Shown: positions 33,761-38,949 of the stretch, in pieces
How positions within the stretch are numbered: the stretch's first letter is position 1
Layout: each line of letters begins with the position of its first letter
Assembly: GCA_905479565.1 (NCBI GenBank)
Contig: CAJQMY010000008.1
Location: 1 to 38,949 of the forward strand
DNA length: 38,949 bases
Direction: 5' to 3'
Source: an uncultured Candidatus Nitrosopumilus sp.
Lineage (GTDB): Archaea; Thermoproteota; Nitrososphaeria; Nitrososphaerales; Nitrosopumilaceae
The notes under the pieces: generated by a model
Seen by the model: the letters and a program-made list of their open reading frames with translations, nothing else
What the model was told of the DNA's origin: nothing
The model's database searches: none
Translations under genes and position numbers: made by a program

Positions 33761-34360
33761 TTGCCATTAAAAATAATACTAAATTCCACATATGGCAAGA
33801 CTGCCCAGAGAGTTGAAGATAGGATTGGCAATCTGTTCTCGCCAGTCATTGCAAGCACGATTACAGGCGTGACTCGGGCAATGCCGTATGAGTTTGTCCA
33901 GAAACATGACATTGAAAGAGATGTAGTGTCATTTGCTACGGATTCCATCACATCTACAAAGAAACTAGACGTGAATTCTACCAAATTAGGTGGATTTGCC
34001 CATGAGAATTCAGGAGATGACGTCTATGTTTTACAAAATGGCATCTACAGATTCAATGGTAAATGGAAGAAAAGAGGAATTGGAAATCTTGGAAACAAGC
34101 AGATTGAACATTTGGATACAATAGAGAAAGAGGGTAATCTGTATCAGATAATGAATGTGTTACGTGTTGGCAGATTACGAACATCCATACTGTCCAATTC
34201 AATTGGAGAGATTGGGAAATTCAAAACTGTCGAAAGATTGGTTAATCTAAATGCAGATAAAAAGAGAATGTGGTTTGAAGAATTAAGAGATATCAATGAT
34301 TGGAAAATAATTGACTCGATGTCAATTAGCTTGGATTATTTTAAGAAATCAAAGATATAA
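33761..34360 (+). pseudogene. family B DNA polymerase, C-terminal (palm/thumb) remnant
   Basis: LPLKIILNSTYGKTAQ is PolB motif B (Kx3NSxYG). VVSFATDSI corresponds to motif C (YxDTDS) with the first Asp replaced by Ala. There is no exonuclease domain or motif A. The ORF opens with TTG right after an in-frame TAG, and the same frame runs back to 33515 through two TAG codons (33728-33730, 33758-33760). Confidence 0.7.
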
Positions 34361-34371
34361 TTATTAATTTT

Positions 34372-36756
34372 CTATTTTATGTTTTCACATTCAACTGGCG
34401 GATTGTCTTTCCTATCAGTATCACATGCATCATCATTTCCTGCACCACCATCTAAAGTATCCTTGCCAGAACTACCAACTAATTTATCTTTATTTCCTGC
34501 ATCACCAAATAATTTGTCATCACCAGGGCCGCCAGATATCTCGTCATCACCAGGGCCCCCGCCTATCGTGTCATTATGCTTACCACCTCTTATTTCGTCA
34601 TCTCCTCCTTCACCTTCTATGAAATCACCTCCATTGTTACCTTCTATCTTGTCTTTAAGAGGCTCGCCAAATATGGTATCACTGCCTCCCCCACCTTTTA
34701 TGATATCCATGCCGTTACGGCCCCATATGGTATCATCATCACTACCACCAAATAATCTGTCATTGCCAGGACCCCCATCAAGTTTGTCATCTCCTTCTTC
34801 ACCATATATTTTGTCGACCTTTTGATTACCTTCTATTTCGTCATCACCAGATCCTCCCCTTATCGTATCCACGCCGTCACCGCCAAAGATCTCATCATTG
34901 TTATCTCCACCAAACAAATGGTCATTTCCATTATTGCCTTCTATGAAGTCATTGCCGATACCTCCTCTTATCGTATCCACGCCGTCACCGCCAAATAGTC
35001 CATCATTTACGCCTTCGCCCCATATTTTATCATCTCCGCCTTGACCTACTATTCCGTCATTTTCAGAACCACCCCAAATTTTATCATTGTTAGGTCCTCC
35101 AAATATGGTATCTTTACCACTTTCACCCCATATTTGATCCTTGCCAGAATCACCACCTATGTTGTCATCACCGGGACCACCCCAAATTTTATCATTGTTA
35201 GGTCCTCCAGTTATCGTGTCATTGCCTCCATTACCTAATATTACATCCTTGCCAGAATCACCGTTTAGTTTATCACGAACAGATCCCCCAACTATACAAT
35301 CATCTCCTTCAAGTCCTTGAACTGTATCCCCGTTGTCTGATGCCAGAATGAGATCATTTTCATTGGTTCCAGCATAATTATTTCCAAGACGGAAATCTCT
35401 ATTATCAATTATATTTGTTATAACAATATTGGCACATTCTTTTGGTACTTCAACTGAGACCCCATCATCCCCATCCACTTGAATAGTATCTTCTCCTTCA
35501 TTTCCAACTGAGTCTCCGGCTAGTACAACTATATTGTTTAGTCCTGCGATCAAGACTATTTCAATCACCCAATTAACAAGTCCTGTTGGTGTTATCGGTG
35601 GACCTCCATTTACACTAACTTGTATGGAATCTATTCCAACGGCATCAGATGCAGTACCAGATACTGTAAGTGGACTTTGTACGGTTGCGCCATTAGAGGG
35701 AGTCTCTATAATTACCACAGGAGATGTGGTATCTTGTACATTTACATTAAATTGTGCTTCTGCTTGATTTCCTGCTGTATCCTCTGCGATACATGTTACT
35801 GTGGAGTCACCTATCGGAAATGTTGAACCAGAAGTTGGAGTGCATGTCGGAGTTACGGAATCATCAACATCATCTTCTGCAAAAACATCATAATTGACAT
35901 TTGCACCATCAGAACTTGTGGCCTCTTCAATGATATTTTGTGGCACTGTTATTTCTGGAGATGTTGTGTCTTCTTCTGGTACATTGACTACTGTCAGTGT
36001 GAATGTTTCATCATCTGTCTCTACGGGAGTGCCATCATCAGTTACTGTAACTGTAATGTCAAATAATCCAGCATCATCAGATCCAGGTGCACAGAACACA
36101 CTTCCAGTACCGACATCATTGTCAGTCAGTACACAAAATGATGGAAGATCACTAGTAGAAAATGTTAGAGAATCGCCGTCAGGATCTGTAGCTGTTAGAC
36201 CAATACTTAGTGTGTCACCTTCATCAACTTGTTGATTACCAATTGGATCAAGTGTTGGTAAGTCGTTTGACGATGTAGCAACATACTCAAAATCCCATGT
36301 TGCAAAATTATTGTCTGGAAATCTATCAGATCCAGTAAATCCTTGATCATAAAGATAAGAACCGGATGCAGCTGATGTATCAGGAGTAATTCTAAAAGTA
36401 TAAGATGCAACTTCACCATTATCTAAGGGGCCAATTTCACAATCTACAAAAGGAGGAGATTCGTTACATCCGTTGGTATTAGGTCCTGAAGTTATTATGC
36501 TGAAATTAAATTCGCCAGATGAACCACCTACAAAATTAAAATCTCCACCAGGGTATTGACCTGGACCATTATTTGTTTCAATTGCCGTACAAGTTATTCC
36601 TTCGGAGCCAAATACAGGAGAACCGACACAGGTAGTATCCAGAGATAAATCAATGTCATAATCTGGTATTTGAGAAAAGACCTCCGGAATGGTTGTAATA
36701 GTAACAATAGAAAAGATCAAAATAACAAATACGTAAATTTTCCGTAATTTTACCAA
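34372..36756 (-). CDS. large secreted adhesin-like protein: cadherin/He_PIG-like, HYR-like and Ig-like domains plus 33 tandem RTX (hemolysin-type Ca2+-binding) nonapeptides
   Basis: 794 aa. The N-terminal anchor is IYVFVILIFSIVTITTI. DPDGDSLTFS suggests a cadherin-like domain. DTTSPEITVP...TCTPTSGSTFPIGDSTVTCIAEDTAGN is a HYR-like pattern. DTTSPVVIIETPSNGATV...VSGTASD is Ig-like. GLEGDDCIV GGSVRDKLN ... GGAGNDDAC is 33 uninterrupted GGxGxDxhx repeats (nt 34423-35316). An ATG at 36775 is one frame off. Confidence 0.85.
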   Translation of the reverse strand: MVKLRKIYVFVILIFSIVTITTIPEVFSQIPDYDIDLSLDTTCVGSPVFGSEGITCTAIETNNGPGQYPGGDFNFVGGSSGEFNFSIITSGPNTNGCNESPPFVDCEIGPLDNGEVASYTFRITPDTSAASGSYLYDQGFTGSDRFPDNNFATWDFEYVATSSNDLPTLDPIGNQQVDEGDTLSIGLTATDPDGDSLTFSTSDLPSFCVLTDNDVGTGSVFCAPGSDDAGLFDITVTVTDDGTPVETDDETFTLTVVNVPEEDTTSPEITVPQNIIEEATSSDGANVNYDVFAEDDVDDSVTPTCTPTSGSTFPIGDSTVTCIAEDTAGNQAEAQFNVNVQDTTSPVVIIETPSNGATVQSPLTVSGTASDAVGIDSIQVSVNGGPPITPTGLVNWVIEIVLIAGLNNIVVLAGDSVGNEGEDTIQVDGDDGVSVEVPKECANIVITNIIDNRDFRLGNNYAGTNENDLILASDNGDTVQGLEGDDCIVGGSVRDKLNGDSGKDVILGNGGNDTITGGPNNDKIWGGPGDDNIGGDSGKDQIWGESGKDTIFGGPNNDKIWGGSENDGIVGQGGDDKIWGEGVNDGLFGGDGVDTIRGGIGNDFIEGNNGNDHLFGGDNNDEIFGGDGVDTIRGGSGDDEIEGNQKVDKIYGEEGDDKLDGGPGNDRLFGGSDDDTIWGRNGMDIIKGGGGSDTIFGEPLKDKIEGNNGGDFIEGEGGDDEIRGGKHNDTIGGGPGDDEISGGPGDDKLFGDAGNKDKLVGSSGKDTLDGGAGNDDACDTDRKDNPPVECENIK
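34859..35208 (-). repeat. perfect intragenic DNA repeats within the RTX array (108-nt period)
   Basis: A 29-nt sequence, cttatcgtatccacgccgtcaccgccaaa, occurs at 34859-34887 and 34967-34995. A 33-nt sequence, accaccccaaattttatcattgttaggtcctcc, occurs at 35068-35100 and 35176-35208. Each pair is 108 nt apart, which equals 4 nonapeptides. Confidence 0.9.
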
Positions 36757-36949
36757 TAAATTTATATTTTTTCATGACTAATTAACTATATTTTTTCATA
36801 GTCTGACTGTTTTTACAATAAAACATGAAAGTATTACAATATTCGAATCAATATATAACAATCAGTTTGGAATTTTCCACTTCAAATCAACTTTAATCAT
36901 TACTTAAGTCACTGTGCGTTTTCACGCCCAGAAGGGGGGCTTTCCCTTT

Positions 36950-38949
36950 TTATTCTTTATCGATAAATTCGTTGATGCCTGGTGGATCTGGGGCCAATCC
37001 CTTTCTCTTTCGAATGTCAGCTACTGCTGGACCTAGTAATGATTTTGGAACCTCAGTCCATTCTTTGAATGATGTATTCCAGGTTGCACGACCGGCAGTC
37101 TGTCCTCGCATGGCTTCAGACAATGTGAAAGTTTCTGAAGCTGGAATCTCACCAGTTACAATACTTGATGCGCCTTTCTGCGACATATCAAGTACCTTGC
37201 CTCTCTTACCAGAAAGAATGGTTGCAACATTTCCAACCAAATCAGTAGGCACACGAACTTCAATTGCCAGAGTTGGCTCCAACACCGCAGTTCCTGCAGT
37301 AAGCAAGGCACCCATACATGCACGTCTTGATGCAGGTCCTAGTTGAGACAAACCTCTGTGTGCCGTATCCTCGTGAGGGACAAAGTGAGTAAAGATGAAT
37401 TTACAATCCCTCATCTGTTCTTTACAGAGAGGGCCTTCTTTCATCACTTCCTCAAATCCTGAATTAATAGAATCAGTTGACTCTTGTACAAACTGAACAC
37501 CTTTCGTTCCGTTAATCAAAACATTACCACGTGAATCAAATTTCATAATTCTCTTAATTGTATCAGTATCCCACCCTGCATTTTTCAACAGATCTTTGAC
37601 TACAGTTTTATCTTTGATATCTGAAATTTCACCAGTTCTTAGCATATGTGCAATCTCTGGCTCTAATGGTTCCACTTTCATGAAAATTTTATTGTGACGA
37701 TTTGGGGATTTTGCCATGATTGGCTCACAACCTCCCTTTACAGTTTCTCTATAGTTAATCAAAGGCTCAGATGTTATAATCTCACATTTTGCATCTTGGA
37801 TTCTATGTGTTGCAACATCCAAGTGTAACACACCCATTCCTGCAACAATTGTCTCACCCGATTCCTCATCAATTTTTACAACCAAATTTGGATCTTCAAT
37901 TGTGAGTTGCTTTAAAATCTCTACAAGTTTAGGTAAATCTTTAGGATGTTTTGGCTCTATAGCAACTTGAACGACCGGTTCTGAAACATATTTTACTCCT
38001 TCAAACATCGGAATCCCTTTAACTGAGGATAGTGTATTTCCAGCTCTACATTCAGTTAATCCCAGCAAAGCTGGAATATTTCCTGCTCCCAATTCACCAA
38101 CTTGTTCTCTTTGGTTACCCATAAAGAAATTAACAGATTGAACACGTCCTTCTCTTTTCTCATCTATAATGTGTAAAGTTTGACCATCTTTGATAGTACC
38201 TGAAAATAATCTTCCAATCGCAACAGGACCTGCTGCAGGATCTAAAACCATATTTACAACCATCATAATTGTTGGACCGTCATCACTGCCTGCAAGCAAA
38301 GCTTTACCAACATCAGATTCTAAATCCCCTTTCCAAATTTGTGGAATTCTGTACTTGATTGCATCTGCTGGCGCTGGATGATGTTTTACCACCATTCCAA
38401 GTACCGCATCAGCCAATGGAGCTTTCTCTATAAGGGTATCAAGTTTTTCTTCAGTATAAGCATCAATTACATCTTTGAATGTGATTCCTCTTTCTTTCAT
38501 TAAATCAGTGTTAATTGCCCATCTATCTTTGGCTGAACCAAATGTTACACTTGCATCTTGAATGGAAACTTTCCATTTCTCTTTGTATTCTGGCTCTGCA
38601 TATGTGTCAACTAGAGTATTAAAATTTGAAACGACTTCTGCCAATTGTGCTTGCATTTTTTCTGGAGTTAATCTTAGTTCTTTGATGAGTCTATCCACTT
38701 TGTTGATAAACAAAACTGGTTTTACTCGTTCTTCTAGTGCCATTCTAGTTACAGTTTCAGTCTGTGTCATGATGCCTTCTACTGCGTCACAAACTACTAC
38801 TGCACCATCAATTGCTCTGAGACTTCTAATTACCCTTCCACTAAAATCAACGTGGCCTGGAGTATCAATCATGTTAATTACATATTCTTGATCTTTTTGG
38901 GCAAAGAGCAAGGTAACGTTTGCTTGGTAAATTGTAATTCCTCTTTCTT
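36950..38949 (-). CDS. fusA: translation elongation factor 2 (aEF-2); N-terminus lies beyond the right edge
   Basis: ...INMIDTPGHVDFSGRV (G3), NKVDRL (G4) and the diphthamide-loop HEDTAHRG are present. The frame stays open to the window end (…GITIYQANVTLLFAQ), so the track's Met at 38911 is internal. Confidence 0.95.
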   Translation of the reverse strand, partial: ERGITIYQANVTLLFAQKDQEYVINMIDTPGHVDFSGRVIRSLRAIDGAVVVCDAVEGIMTQTETVTRMALEERVKPVLFINKVDRLIKELRLTPEKMQAQLAEVVSNFNTLVDTYAEPEYKEKWKVSIQDASVTFGSAKDRWAINTDLMKERGITFKDVIDAYTEEKLDTLIEKAPLADAVLGMVVKHHPAPADAIKYRIPQIWKGDLESDVGKALLAGSDDGPTIMMVVNMVLDPAAGPVAIGRLFSGTIKDGQTLHIIDEKREGRVQSVNFFMGNQREQVGELGAGNIPALLGLTECRAGNTLSSVKGIPMFEGVKYVSEPVVQVAIEPKHPKDLPKLVEILKQLTIEDPNLVVKIDEESGETIVAGMGVLHLDVATHRIQDAKCEIITSEPLINYRETVKGGCEPIMAKSPNRHNKIFMKVEPLEPEIAHMLRTGEISDIKDKTVVKDLLKNAGWDTDTIKRIMKFDSRGNVLINGTKGVQFVQESTDSINSGFEEVMKEGPLCKEQMRDCKFIFTHFVPHEDTAHRGLSQLGPASRRACMGALLTAGTAVLEPTLAIEVRVPTDLVGNVATILSGKRGKVLDMSQKGASSIVTGEIPASETFTLSEAMRGQTAGRATWNTSFKEWTEVPKSLLGPAVADIRKRKGLAPDPPGINEFIDKE

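Noticed and set aside
33634-33984. Minus-strand ORF of 116 aa
   Set aside because: It overlaps the PolB motif-B region antisense and has no motifs. The plus-strand reading has clear family signatures.
34859-35208. Regularly spaced perfect 29-33-nt repeats as a possible CRISPR-like array
   Set aside because: The repeats lie inside a continuous ORF, have a 108-nt period that equals four RTX nonapeptides, and comprise two different repeat sequences. This is intragenic duplication, not a repeat-spacer array, and no cas genes are present.
34379-36235. Plus-strand ORFs (34379-34825 Pro/Ser-rich 148 aa; 34425-34622; 35041-35238; 35534-35767; 35620-35826; 35894-36235) and the minus-strand alternative-frame ORF 36207-36419
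   Set aside because: They all lie antisense or out of frame within the 794-aa RTX/adhesin gene. Their low-complexity P/S/L/H composition is what the reverse complement of GGxGxD-coding repeats yields. There is no independent start or promoter context.
36972-38891. Plus-strand ORFs 36972-37346, 38190-38381 and 38562-38891
   Set aside because: They are antisense to the strongly supported EF-2 gene, with no recognisable motifs.

Overview
This window looks like AT-rich archaeal chromosome, about one-third G+C by eye. The gene content and style point to an ammonia-oxidising Nitrosopumilus-type thaumarchaeon; that is my inference, with no database search behind it. Archaeal hallmarks are a TFB paralog, aEF-2, PurP, and TATA boxes placed about 25 nt upstream of start codons, which suggests leaderless mRNAs. 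Housekeeping blocks are purL-purQ / purS / purP, tatC-tatA, ubiX, a CBS-TrkH K+ transporter and EF-2. The most interesting region is 7.9-14.6 kb. It holds a protein with the full CarH-type B12 photoreceptor signature (Wx9EH plus ExHxxG) but no MerR DNA-binding domain. Around it sit a DUF1722/YbgA-like gene, an SDR-membrane fusion, a CrtI-family flavoprotein, SRPBCC proteins, and a TFB / Zn-ribbon / T4-endoV-type pyrimidine-dimer glycosylase operon. Together these suggest an undescribed light/UV-response island. Promoters across the window share a two-box CACTAG element abutting the TATA box. Other notable content: a decayed family-B DNA polymerase C-terminal remnant (a mobile-element relic) beside a 794-aa secreted protein with 33 tandem RTX nonapeptides; secreted proteins built from a repeated roughly 35-aa W-rich module; an islet of small ORFan genes (24-31 kb) with a PIN-like toxin-type pair; and a GC-rich, possibly structured element in a 660-bp non-coding gap. 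At least 8-9 genes have reading frames broken at short homopolymer or dinucleotide runs, which looks more like assembly error than true pseudogenisation. I found no rRNA, tRNA, CRISPR array, integrase or transposase.
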